64,000 bases of DNA from Eukaryota sp. GEM-RC1. Taxonomy: Eukaryota. Both the position numbers and the translations under genes were made by a program. Shown piece after piece: positions 1 through 11,413 of the stretch (position 1 is the first letter of the stretch; every line of letters starts with the position of its first letter). The notes beneath the pieces are model-generated. The model made no database searches. It saw only the letters and a list, made by a program, of their open reading frames with translations, and was not told where the DNA came from. The DNA lies in NCBI GenBank assembly GCA_040285855.1, contig JAUFOQ010000004.1:1674001-1738000 (forward strand). The letters run 5' to 3'.

Positions 1-1062
1 CCATTCGGTACTTACAGAAACATTGTGATATAACTTGCGTTTATTGTTCAACGAATGTAAGTACCAGGCGGAGTATTCATATGAAACTGACCGACCATCA
101 GCACTGAATATCTGGACTAAAGGTTCAATGATGATACCATGTCTAGGATCCCAAGAGTAGGTGGAAGGAAACCTATAAGTATCACCAGCTCTACTATCAT
201 ATAAGTCACCCAAAAACTGTTTTATGGCTTGAGGAGACGTGCCAGGAGGAACATTTTTTAGCAAGTAATGTCTTCCAGCAGGCATTCTATGACGCAAAGT
301 GGGATGCCAGGGAGCAAATTTGGCAAGATGCCACAAGTCGTAGTCAGTGATGGAGACACTCTGATCGTACGGACTTGCAAACGGGATGAGATCGTTGGGA
401 ACTGCATCTCTATGAGGTCTAGACACATAACCGGTTTGTTGTTCTACAGCTAGAGCTCTCTCAGTCATGGAAAGATTGGCTGTTTTTTGTTGTTGCTCCA
501 GAAGCTGTCGTTTTGCTTCTTCTGCCCTGGTCTTATGCTGAGCTAGGACTGTTTGAAGTTGCCTAAGGCTCTCTTCAACCTCCCTAGACAGAGGAACTGA
601 AGGATCAACGTTATCTTTATTTAATAAACTACTAACTAACAAGGAAGAATCAGAAAAATGATGAGAGGGCAAAGATGTTAGCTGAACTACAGACGAAGTA
701 GTATTACCCACAACATTGTCTCCCGGAGTACCACTGGTATCTGAAGAGACAACGGTAACTCCGTATTTCTCCAGTACCTTCTTGATTCCAAGAGGATCTT
801 CCTGTTCTGGTCCAATGGATGAATCCAAAGGACCAGGGTTGCCGCCAGACTCCGAAGAGCCCAAGGGTCTTATACCAGTCGTTTCGCCGGCTTCCGAAGA
901 AGCCAAGGAACTTCCATCAACGTTTGAAGATGGGCTCTCGTGTGAGGAGAGACTCTCGGGTGAGGAGAGTTCGGACACAAAGTCCTCTTCATCTACTGAG
1001 GATTCAGTAGGCACTTCGATCGGGGTGGCAGAGCTCTTCGATACTCTGGTCTTTTGACAGAC
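1..1062 (-). CDS. Uncharacterised ORF open to the window edge (~350 codons); Ser/Glu-rich N-terminus, short coiled coil, then globular region; possibly mobile-element encoded
   Basis: Manual minus-strand translation is stop-free from ~1062 to base 1 (KTRVSKSSATPIEVP...EESLRQLQTVLAQHKTRAEEAKRQLLEQQQ...WHPTLRHRMPAGRHYLL...). It is missing from the ORF track because no stop is in the window; the start is unclear. Confidence 0.5.
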
Positions 1063-1223
1063 CTACTTGGCTGTCTGCGGTTAGTAACTCCTTTCTTAGG
1101 AGCAGCTGTAGTAAGATTCCTCTTTTTACCATGAGGATAATAATTATTAATACCTAAAGGTGCAAAGGGGAAGGTAAAGGGTGTTTATAAATCAAATTAT
1201 ACGTACTAGTAACACTTCACTAA

Positions 1224-3282
1224 CACCTGTGGCTAACATCTGAAGTTCATAACTTTAAAATTCCAAATAATCGTCCTATATCAACAATTGACACAGACCT
1301 TCGTGATTTTGTTGCTGGAGCAGGAATCCATACTGCCAATTCAAACTACACTGGATATAAGCACTGTGTTACTGATACATTTGGCACATGTCATTTACCA
1401 GAACTTGATTTTGATCATATCAACCGAGCTTTTGAATACACTACTCAGTATGAAATGTGGCCTGCGTTTGAACTAAATATTCGTCCCAATTATGAGATGT
1501 ACATTAAAAGATTTATCAATACAGTAATGGGTAAGAAAGAGTTTGAAAGAAGAATGAAGAAGAAACGTAATTTAGTTTTAGGTCCAGAACTTGCAGGACT
1601 AACAGGACGTGAAGCTCAAAAGTTCACTAGTTACTTCAGATTTCGCTTAAAGATATTGAAAGATCAAATTTTGTATCGACCTAGAGATGAAGCCCTACAG
1701 TATATTAATTCTTTTAACTCTGCCACTCACCCTGAGAATCTTAAGTTTATTGATGAAGTTTCCAAAGTTTTTAATGCTGATTTCAGTATGTTAATATTTG
1801 AACAGATCAATTCCCTAATGACTGATAAAATTCCAGAATTACTTCAAAGATTTAACATCATATTTCCTGCTACAATCACTACTAAGGACAATGAAACTGT
1901 AGACGTTCATAATTTACTTTACACAGTTCAGGAGTATCCACTTCATTTTCTAAGAAATTCTCTTCAAATCTCAGATTACTTGGAATCCAAGGGTGCTAAG
2001 TTGTATAATGTAATTCCTCTAAGTTTAGAGAATACTCCTTGTTTTTTCCCAATAGACACTAGAACTCTTTGGGGACTGGCTAAGCACTGTTTTGGATACA
2101 AGAATAATGACAAGAAGATTGGTCCTCTACATTCAAAAGTGACTAATTACATGTCTGCTGATCAGATTAAAAACATGACACATTCTCAACAACAAGATTA
2201 CTGGAAAAGATGGTTTAACTGTGATGACAGAAGTTTTCACAAAGCCAATTTTGAATTCAACAACTATGCTGTAACTGATGGAATTTCTATTTGTTTTCAA
2301 TTTGTTAGAAAGGATTTGAAAGGAATGAAATGTAAACCTGATTCAAGTAAAGCTTCAGTAAAAGTACAATATTTCAATGAATATGATAGGTCTGACTTTA
2401 TTTCTAAACAAATGGTTTATGTGGACATTGGAAAGAGAGATATGCTACAACTTGCATCTAAATCAAATAGGGAAATTCAAAATCCTCTAAAGAAATACAA
2501 CTTCTTACGATTGACGCATGCTGAGTGGTCTAGAGTTTCAAGAAAGCATAAAAGAATCCACCAGTACCTTGTCAGAAAGAGATCTGGTACTAGTCCCTCA
2601 GGTCAGACGAAGACAATTGAGGAATGGAACACTTGGTTAGGTGAAGATCAGAACTCTAAGACAGTCAACTACAATAAATTTAGAGAATTTATGCTGAATA
2701 AATGCATTCACTACAATGCAACTAAAGACTTCTATGCTTTGCATATATGGAGGATTCACAAAATCCAAAATCATGTCCATAAGCAAAAGACAGAGTCTAA
2801 ATTGGTTAACAGCATTGTAAAAACGTTCGGTAGTCGTGACAAAATCGTACTATGTATTGGTGATTTAGGTCAGAAGCCAATGTCCAACTTAAAACACAGT
2901 CCACCATCCAGAACTAAGACTTGGACTTCATTCTTTCAGAGAAATGGTTTTTTAACAGTGTTGAATGATGAGAGAAACACTTCGTCCAAGTGTCCAGAAT
3001 GTCATGAAGATGTTTTTGAAACTTCTATTGAGGTTGTTAACCCAAAGCCCAAATCAAGAGAGAAGAGAGAATGGATTCATCCACATGGCTTACTAGAGTG
3101 TAAGAGTGAACATTGTCTGGGAGAAGTAAAGAATCGATTGAAAGGGGGAAAAGAAAGGGCATACAGTGCCCAGTCAAATGTATTGGAACCGAAACAAGAT
3201 GACTTGTTTGAACATGATGAACATGTTCGAACACTGGATGAGTGGAAGTGATGAGAGAGTAGAGTATCTGAGTAGAAATTAG
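1224..3282 (+). CDS. Fanzor1-like (TnpB/Cas12 superfamily) RuvC nuclease; one frameshift at 3141-3152
   Basis: Motifs in expected order: TDGISICFQF; RuvC-I VYVDIGKRD (D 2424-2426); IVLCIGD; RuvC-II plus Zn finger NDERNTSSKCPEC (E 2970-2972); HGLLECKSEHC. After dropping one base in AAAGGGGGAAAA the frame continues YWNRNKMTCLNMM...ERVEYLSRN* (TAG 3280-3282). Frame is open from 1224; first ATG at 1455. Confidence 0.88.
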
Positions 3283-3400
3283 CTTTATTTTTGTTATCTG
3301 GCCGGTGAAACCCGGCCATATTTGGTTAAGTCCATATATAAGCATTGAGGATTGAAGCCAAATCCATACTTCTCTCTACTATCTCTACCTGATGTGAGAA
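3283..3400 (+). ncRNA. Candidate Fanzor omegaRNA scaffold (ends unknown)
   Basis: GC-rich stem TGGCCGG(3299-3305)/CCGGCCA(3312-3318) closing TGAAAC, then a second stem ATTTGGTTAAGTCC(3320-3333)/GGATTGAAGCCAAAT(3349-3363), directly 3' of the restored Fanzor stop. Confidence 0.5.
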
Positions 3401-3809
3401 CTGCAGTATAAGACTAAATGGTATAAGTGACTTGTGGGCAGAGGAGCAGTGAATGATGAAGAATCTACAGTAGATAGGTGATAAACAGAAGAAATACAAT
3501 TATTAAGTTGCTTTTTCCCTTCACACGACTATAATCCACCAGAGTACAACTGGGTCATCAAACCGGTAAAGACAAGCTTGAACCGTTAGCTTTCTCCAGG
3601 GTTCAATTGGGAATTAACGGTTGTAAGACACGTTTAACTCACTTGCAAAAAGATATCTGTGGCCGTAACGTAAACGCTGTTTGAACTCAATCCATCTTGT
3701 GGATGAAGCATCAGACTAGGATGATTTGAAATCTCCAATTTTCTCTTACCTTCTCCCTTCAGTGATCTCACCGGATCACTATTATTTGACATTAATAAGC
3801 TATTAGCTG

Positions 3810-4355
3810 ATGTCTGAATCTGTTGAGCGTTTTCGAAGATTCACTCCCAGTGGGAGAGTTATCAAAACTGGAAACATGCAAAGGCTTACTCTCAAAGAAA
3901 GACCAACACCCCAAACTCAAACGAAACCTCCAACCCTACAAAAACCTGACACTGCATTAATGAAACAAACTCTTGGCTTTTCTTTCGATGATTCTGAATC
4001 CGAAAACGACAGTTCTGTTCCCATATCATCTGCATCTCTAGTCAGCGCTTATTCATTCGACACCAGTGACGATGACGATGAAGAAGAACAAGATCTCCTT
4101 CTACAAGAACTGGAAAAGATCCGTAAAGAAAGAGAAGTACAAAAGTCCCTTGATGATTCTGTCTCATACCATTTGATTCCTTCATCTGATACTCAAAGCT
4201 CTGTTCTGAAGGAAGAAGCCTCGATGGATTGGTATGAGGATTCATTGTTTGGTGTTACGCCTCAAGAACCTCCAACAAAGAAGTCCAAGGTTCATATGAG
4301 TGATGTTCTGAAAACTGAGTTTCATAAAAACTTTCTACGGCAGTTTATCAAGTAA
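3810..4355 (+). CDS. CWC15: Spliceosome protein Cwc15/Cwf15
   Basis: Acidic tract followed by LLQELEKIRKER, WYEDSLF, and C-terminal DVLKTEFHKNFLRQFIK matching the Cwf15 C-terminus. Confidence 0.8.
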   Translation: MSESVERFRRFTPSGRVIKTGNMQRLTLKERPTPQTQTKPPTLQKPDTALMKQTLGFSFDDSESENDSSVPISSASLVSAYSFDTSDDDDEEEQDLLLQELEKIRKEREVQKSLDDSVSYHLIPSSDTQSSVLKEEASMDWYEDSLFGVTPQEPPTKKSKVHMSDVLKTEFHKNFLRQFIK

Positions 4356-4599
4356 GAGTTGTCGAAAGCTTTTGAAATCGTTGTTTGATGCCTTTTGTTT
4401 TAGTTTTTTTATTGTATATTTATTTTTGTCACTTGTTTGAGTTATAACGATTGATTTTTTTGGTCTCAAATCATTAAATAAACCAATCCAGACAATTTTG
4501 TCATATGTTCATCTTTGTTTCATTAGTGAGAATTGTATTTTGACTTTACATACATAGTTTTGATGTAGCATTAAAATCAACCTAACCTATCACATGTTT

Positions 4600-4720
4600 G
4601 TAAAGAAATTTGCAATGATTGTATTGAGCTGTATACAGAAACGAAGTGTAAGTTTAGAACTTCTGAATGGATAAATCGAAATATTCTGGTCTATTTCTCG
4701 TTTAATGTAAAGATTAGACA
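4600..4720 (+). pseudogene. Decayed remnant of an RLE-LINE C-terminus
   Basis: Reads CKFRTSEWINR, similar to FNSAVWINRI in the 16.2-16.9 kb LINE. Confidence 0.3.
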
Positions 4721-5183
4721 AGTTAGAGGTGAATGTTCTTGTCCAAAAACGTCATCTCTTGCCAAATAGAGATGAGCTTGTTTGGAACGTGATTTAATCT
4801 ATTAATTTCGATTTACAATTTCATATTTATGTAACAGTGTTATTATTTGCGCTGAATACTATTATGTTCAATTTACCAACCTATCTTTTTGACGGTGGTT
4901 ATACGGTTCGTTTTGCTAGTGCGAATAAATGAATAGCAACTTCATAGAACTCCTCCCACTCTTACCACTGCTGAACCATGTTTTTGAAAGTGACACAGTA
5001 TCATAGTTTTAGAATAACGAAGTGCACAACTGCATTGTTGTGCGAAGTTGGACATTGGTACTATTAATAGTACAAAACATGTAACAGTTTTACTCAACTG
5101 ATCTAGATTTTGTTGCAGTCAAAAACCTAGACCCAACTTCCCAACTCTTACAGTCAAACAACACGAGAATAGGACGTTTCTAG

Positions 5184-6548
5184 ATGGCTGCAGTCCCTCA
5201 AATTCCTACATCGTTGCTTCCTCTTCGATTGTCAGCATATCAACAGCTTTCCCAAAGCAACAGTGTCACTCTTGATGTTAAATTAAAACTTGAAGAAGCC
5301 TTAAACAACTTTGATACAGCATATAGTCCTCGACAAGGCGTCCGACTCCCTAGAATCATATCAGACATGGATTCATCAGTGACAAAACTGTCTAACATTG
5401 TAGCTGACATTGACGAACGTGCACGTCTCTCCAAGCTCCCTCCTCTTACTTCCAGGAAATCCCACTCCGATTCCAATCACTCCACTCCCTTTGTCCGATC
5501 TCTCTTCGTAGCTGCCAAGAAAGGAAATGTCTCTACACTGCAACAAGCTACCTCATCATCTGGCTCTTCTCTATCGGATTATCCTGAATCCTCTAGAAAA
5601 CTCCACTTCTCCTCTTTAACGAAGCTGTTAAACCGAAAACACCAAAACATTCTCCACGTCGGTTGTCTCTCAGGCCAAGTCTCCATAATCAAATACTTCT
5701 CCTCCTACTCTTCTACCTTCAGTGATGACGTGGCAATTGCCTTACAGACAGCTGATCATAAGGGTAAACTGCCCCTTCATTGTGCTATAATTAGTGAGGA
5801 TTTAGAAACTCTATTAGACTTGTTACGGTTGTATATCACGCTACAGGACAGACTTGACTTGGTTTTATTGTGTAATTCACTGAGTGAAGATGGAACTGCT
5901 TGTTTACATTTGTTATTTAAACATTTAAATATTTTTAAAAGTTCTGCGGGAATAAGAGTCCCGACGGTTGCTCATGATGATGATCAGCGTGTTCTATCAT
6001 TTTTGATTGAAGATTGTCGAGCGTCTATTAATATTAGAGATCATCAGTTAAAAACCCCATTGCATTATGCCGTACTTAATCGACATGAGCTCCAACCCCA
6101 ATTAATTTCCAAATTTTTAAATTTCAAACCAACGGTCGACACTGAAGATGGTAAGCACCACACGCCTCTCTATTACGCTATAATTCATGCAAATAAGGAA
6201 GTTGTTCAACTCTTATTATCCAAGGGGAAAGCAAATCCTAATTATGTTGACAAAAGACGGGGGGCGTTAATCAATATTGCTGTGGAAACGGGAAATTTAG
6301 AAATTGTGAAAGTTTTATTTAAGCATGGGGCGTCTCCAGTTGTTCGTGATTTTCTTGGATGGAGCCCTTTACACGTGGCAGTCTATCACGGGAACGGTGG
6401 GGGTCAATCAGCTAGGAGTAGTCGAAAGAGGGAATATTTAAAAATTGCATTGTGGTTGAAAAAACACGGAGCTTCCATGAATGATGTTTCAAGTTTTAAT
6501 ACTTCAGTTAAGGATTTGGTGGTGACGACGTCGTTTAAACAAATTTAA
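5184..6548 (+). CDS. Ankyrin-repeat protein
   Basis: Repeated ankyrin motifs: GKLPLHCA, KTPLHYA, HTPLYYA, GWSPLHVA, GNLEIVKVLFKHGA. Confidence 0.9.
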   Translation: MAAVPQIPTSLLPLRLSAYQQLSQSNSVTLDVKLKLEEALNNFDTAYSPRQGVRLPRIISDMDSSVTKLSNIVADIDERARLSKLPPLTSRKSHSDSNHSTPFVRSLFVAAKKGNVSTLQQATSSSGSSLSDYPESSRKLHFSSLTKLLNRKHQNILHVGCLSGQVSIIKYFSSYSSTFSDDVAIALQTADHKGKLPLHCAIISEDLETLLDLLRLYITLQDRLDLVLLCNSLSEDGTACLHLLFKHLNIFKSSAGIRVPTVAHDDDQRVLSFLIEDCRASINIRDHQLKTPLHYAVLNRHELQPQLISKFLNFKPTVDTEDGKHHTPLYYAIIHANKEVVQLLLSKGKANPNYVDKRRGALINIAVETGNLEIVKVLFKHGASPVVRDFLGWSPLHVAVYHGNGGGQSARSSRKREYLKIALWLKKHGASMNDVSSFNTSVKDLVVTTSFKQI

Positions 6549-7553
6549 AAAATTGTATTTTACTTGCATGGTGTTGATGAATACCTTTGTTTATTGATTG
6601 GTATAAATTGAAGTTTATACAGATTGTCCAATAAATTATCAGAATAACAAGTTTTACATCGATTTTACCGGTTTCTTATTGTTCTGAAATCAAACTCACT
6701 TTAAATGATGTATTTTTTGTTGTTGTATTTAGTTTTGTCTTCGCCCGTAACTGCTTGTCGGAATTGGGATATTCGTTTGATAGTTTGTTTTAATAATCTG
6801 TATTTGTCTTTAATTTCTTGTTGTGTGTTTGTCTCAGCACATAAATCCGCCCTTTTACATCAACCAAATCAACAGAAATAATTCTAGATTATATTTGCAA
6901 TAGTCTATAATTTAGAACATAGTTCAGATCTACATATACACTTAATATACTGCATATACATATACAGATTTTCTGTATATACAGTGTATATTAAAATCCC
7001 CAAGATGTTGGTTAGAGTTGTATATTTGTATATGAGTTCAGTTACATGTTATACATAGGTTTTACAAATTTTAGAAAGTAAAAGCAGTTAAATTCTCAGC
7101 ATAAAGTCGAGAATTAGGCCCATAGATGCTCAACAGTTCATTACAATATATAACAACTAAAAATTGATTCACTATACACAATGTTTCTGTAATACATTAT
7201 TACGATACAGAAAATTTTGAAGAAATAGATGTTATAGTACAAAAAACGTCCAGTGTTAATTTTCTTTTTCTGAACACTTTCATCCTCAGCTACCATATAC
7301 TCCCTTATACTTCCAAACTGGCAAAATTGAATTGATTGACAATGTCAATGATTGGTGTTTAACCAATGCCAATTCCAATGTCTCAAATCGAACCAATCAA
7401 TATTTCAATGTTTGATATTGATCCAATGTTTCCCGTATGACCACTACTGATATTAATACAACAGGGAAATCATAAAAGTTATTTATTTAGTTCATATAGA
7501 ACAAGTTGAAACGATGATAGTTTGTATTTGTAAGAGTAAATAAAAGGCGTTTT

Positions 7554-7790
7554 TTAGTTGAAACGATTATCTACATCTAATGTTTCTAATAACTCCTCAT
7601 CCACTTCTACTGGTTCCTTGTTCAGTACATCTCTCAACACCGTTTCAGTAAAGAAGTGTTGATTGAACAGTAGGAAGAGCTGCAACTCAAGTGAATCACA
7701 AGACATACCATGACGGAGATACCCTAAAAGTAGCCGAGCTCGTGAAAAAAGTCTTTCAACAATATTGGAAGTGGTAAATCCACCCAACAC
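7554..7790 (-). pseudogene. hAT transposase C-terminal dimerisation-domain fragment
   Basis: TSNIVERLFSRARLLLGYLRHGMSCDSLELQLFL fits hAT S..ER.FS. CAATG-type repeats at ~7340-7430 resemble subterminal repeats. Confidence 0.7.
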
Positions 7791-8167
7791 CTTTTGGTGA
7801 AATGGGAAAGAGAGACGCCCATATACTAGCAACAAGGTTCTCAATCTACTTTAGCAGACTAATTGACCAGGAACATGGCGATCGATGATCACTGCAAAGA
7901 ACAGGATAGCGGACCCGAAACTCAAACAAGAAGTTTTCATCTTAAGATAAGAAAGCTCCGTCACGAAGATAAAGCAATGACCTGGCAACGAAGTGAAGAA
8001 GACAAAGTATTTTTTGTAAGGGAAGACAAAACAAGAAAGAACCAGAAGGGTCACCCTGTTTAACACTACGAGAAGTAAAAAAACAGTGTGTTCATGAAAT
8101 AACAAAGAATTATGAGAACCATACAATGTTTCCAAATTAAAAATCTGGACCAATTCTAATTCTGACC

Positions 8168-10388
8168 ATGGATTCGGCCTCTCTTTTGAAACATGACACA
8201 GAACCGGTTGCGCCTGTGTTTGATTATGAAATGTGGGCCAACGAGTCTAAAGGTAAATCAAATCTTTGCTGTTACGTGTCCCTTGTGCTAATTGTCGTTG
8301 CTGCTCTTGTTACCGGTGTGATTCTACTTTTTTTTGGCGGATTACATCAACCTTCTCAGCTTGATCTGGCTTCTGATGCTGTGAAACTCCTAGAGGGTTC
8401 ATCTTTCCGTGTGTATCCCTTCACTACAAGGATCATGGAGAACAAGCTGTGTGATGTTGTTGTTTCTACCCTCAGGAGGCAGTCTCTATTCCACTCTCCG
8501 GGTGGGAAAGACATGGATGTACGTGTCCGCCATGTGGATAACTACAATGTCTTTGATGTCACTCTTTATTTGTCTCAGCAGTCATCAACCATCATGCTCT
8601 CCTGTGAATTTGATTATGATGACGAAGGTGCTATAGAAGCTGCATTTCAAATTCTTGCTGAAGCATTTGCTGAGTCCATATCACTTGTAGTTCCCTCAGA
8701 TACCGTTGCCAACCGTGAATCTGCTATTTCTGACTATTGTCGAGACCTTCTCCAGGATTTTCTTTCCATCATCGAAGGCTTCAACATACATACTGAGCTT
8801 AATACAGACAATTACTACACCATTCGACTTATCAGTGGTTTACTTACCGATTCCCGAAGATTTCATCTTAAATATCAAGTGATCGATCGTAAAGTCATTG
8901 AAGATCAATTCGATGGGTATATGGAACAGATTCTCCGGTATCCTTCTGAGTCTGGAAAGGGAACCATGTGCATCGATGGACCTGATGTTTATCAATCATC
9001 TGCAAATAGACAACAGACTCTGATCAACTTCATTCAGCAATACATTGACGACGATGGTGTTGAAATCTCGCTCACACAAGATCTCAGTAAAGACTGGCAC
9101 ATGACAATGATGAAGGACGGTGTTGATAAGAATTTTGTGCTGGATGGTATTACGTTTCGTGAGCAATCTTTGAATGATCTGTCAGGAGCTGGAATCAAGA
9201 AATTGGAATTAGGATATGGAACTGTTGCCATCCTGTTTGAGAGGAAACTGTACGTGTTCAACAATAATGAATGGATAACGATGCGAGATGTGACAAACCA
9301 TTTGTATCATAAAGATGTTACTGATGTTGCTCTGGGAGATTTCCACATCGTTGTGTTAACTTCGGAAAAAGAAGTTTACTGCTATGGGAACAACCAATAT
9401 GGTTTGTTTAATTTTACTGCTTCTAATTTCAGGGCAGTTAGGTGTTGAAGAACGGGCCGCTCGACATTCTAAACCTTGGTTTTATGATGATGAAATAGTG
9501 TCTGTCTACGCCGGTCGCTATACTTCTGGTGCAATATCTTTGAGACAGAGCCACTATTTATGGGGACATAATACCAATCGGAAATTGTATGATGATGATG
9601 TCGAAGTATATGATTACCCCCACGGATTTTCTTTTCCATCTCACAACTCTTTTAAAAATATCATTTGGTACATTTCACACTCTGATCCTAACTAACCCAT
9701 ATGATGATGGTGGAGGCCTTGTCTATGGCCAAGGATGTATGTTTCCTTGAACTCTATTCTTACTGGAAGCAAACAGGTACGGACAGTTGGGAAATGGAAA
9801 AACTGGTGGTAACCACGCTTGGGCAAGAATAAGTTCAAATCTTTATCTTGAGGGTATCGCTGAAGTCTATGCAGGCAGCCATGTCTCTTTTGGATTTCAA
9901 ATTTCGTCAGATGATGTCAGTTTATATGCTTGGGGTATTGTTCCTTTTCCATATTAACAGTAGGTCGTGGTTTAAATGGAATGCTATTGACCGGAAATCA
10001 AGTAGATCATCTGTATGCCTATCGAGCTTTTGGTGGAAAAAATGCAGCAATTGCAACTAGCGAGGCGGTATCTATTCTAGGTCGCGATTTGTCATCTGAT
10101 CCTGATGCTGATGTTTTTGCTCAATTTACAGGAGCTGGAGAAAACACTTATAATGAATTATTGACAGGAGATGATGATCGAACTTACATTGATCGAACAA
10201 ATGTTATAACTAATTTAGTGTCTATTACAAGTGGTAGAAATAACATTGCTGGTCTCTACTACGACCGTGTGACTAAGACAACCACTGCTGTTGGCTGGGG
10301 ACAATGCTGGGGAAAGGGTGGAATTCTTGCCGGATGTGACGATGAATATGCAAGTAGACCAGTTCCCTTAGGCTGTGTTCGTGACTAA
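8168..10388 (+). CDS. Single-pass membrane protein with C-terminal RCC1/BLIP-II repeats; three tiny introns and one homopolymer frameshift
   Basis: N-terminal TM (VSLVLIVVAALVTGVILLFFG). Introns 9402-9432, 9737-9769 and 9935-9963 (or 9960) restore YGNNQYGQLG, YGQGSNRYGQLG and YAWGRG. A shift at ~9650-9660 restores ISFGTFHTLILT. Confidence 0.75.
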
Positions 10389-11413
10389 GTGCATTTTATC
10401 AATAAGTTGATAAAATTTCAGTATTGTCTTACTAAAAAGTGTGCATCAATAGCAAATTCTCAAGGATATGAACACGATCAACACAACTCGGTTCTACTTC
10501 TGGATAACAAATAATTTCCGAAAAAACATACATCTCTCGTTGTCTTTCTTCCAGAAACCTCCTCATATGTGTTTCTTTCTTACATCTCAGCTATTCCCTT
10601 CTTCAAAGTACATTATACGGTACCCAAAAAGGTAACCTTCCTACAAAATTGCTCTTCTATAAAAAAAAGCTTTGGTCTTTATGGAACAAAAACACTAAGA
10701 TGAATACAAATTCTAGAACTCAATATCATTAAAGCAACAATCATTGCCATTAAAACTCAAATCAGCTTTTTCTTCCAAAAAAAACTACTGAGAGCTAATG
10801 AAGGTGCTTTTGAAATTATAATACATGTATGAATTGTTTGAAATATTGTAAAAACAATACGATTCAACCAAAACTTGAAATCAAATTTTTGTTCATACAT
10901 TTCTTGATAACTTTCTCAAAATCAGAGAGAAAACAAAGAGCATCTTTACCAAGTCGACCATAAATTGAAATTGTAAAAGGACATACTACCCTTCTATTGA
11001 CTCTCTTTAACCCAAGTCTTTCTAGGAGCAGTCGACTCATACTCAGTTATTTCTTAGAATTTGTGTGGGGTGCAATCAGAAGTGACTGATCGTGATGAAC
11101 TGGACAAGCTTCCCTACGTAGTTTTTAGAAGTATTCAAGATTAGAAATTTGTCGCTTTTTTTCTTTTCCTTTTAGCATAGGTTGATGATAACTGTTTTCT
11201 ATGTGACCAGAAATATTCTCCAATGTTGATGTTCTTCACAGTGGTTGAAAGGGACTACTCTGAGAGACAACTTAGATGTAGGACTGTCCAAGTTCCGTTT
11301 CCGGTTCTAACTGGAACTATTTATTTTGGAACCACACAACTGGAACTACTGAACCGATGAACAATTTGCCAGACCACATGTATGACTAAAATTGACTTTT
11401 CTTGAAAACTCTT

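Noticed and set aside
268..1057. Plus-strand short ORFs (268-453, 716-1057, 819-1010)
   Set aside because: Antisense shadows of the longer minus-strand frame. The same applies to the short ORFs opposite SMC3, the coiled-coil gene and the giant gene.
3141..3152. Programmed -1 frameshift at slippery G GGA AAA in the Fanzor
   Set aside because: The RuvC-III tail is in the +1 (equivalently -2) frame, so a -1 slip would not reach it. An indel is the simpler explanation.
3299..3335. Helitron 3' terminus (hairpin plus CTRR)
   Set aside because: No CTRR at the expected distance after the hairpin.
3520..3730. snoRNA/U3 or ribozyme upstream of CWC15
   Set aside because: Only partial box-like words; no complete motif set could be supported.
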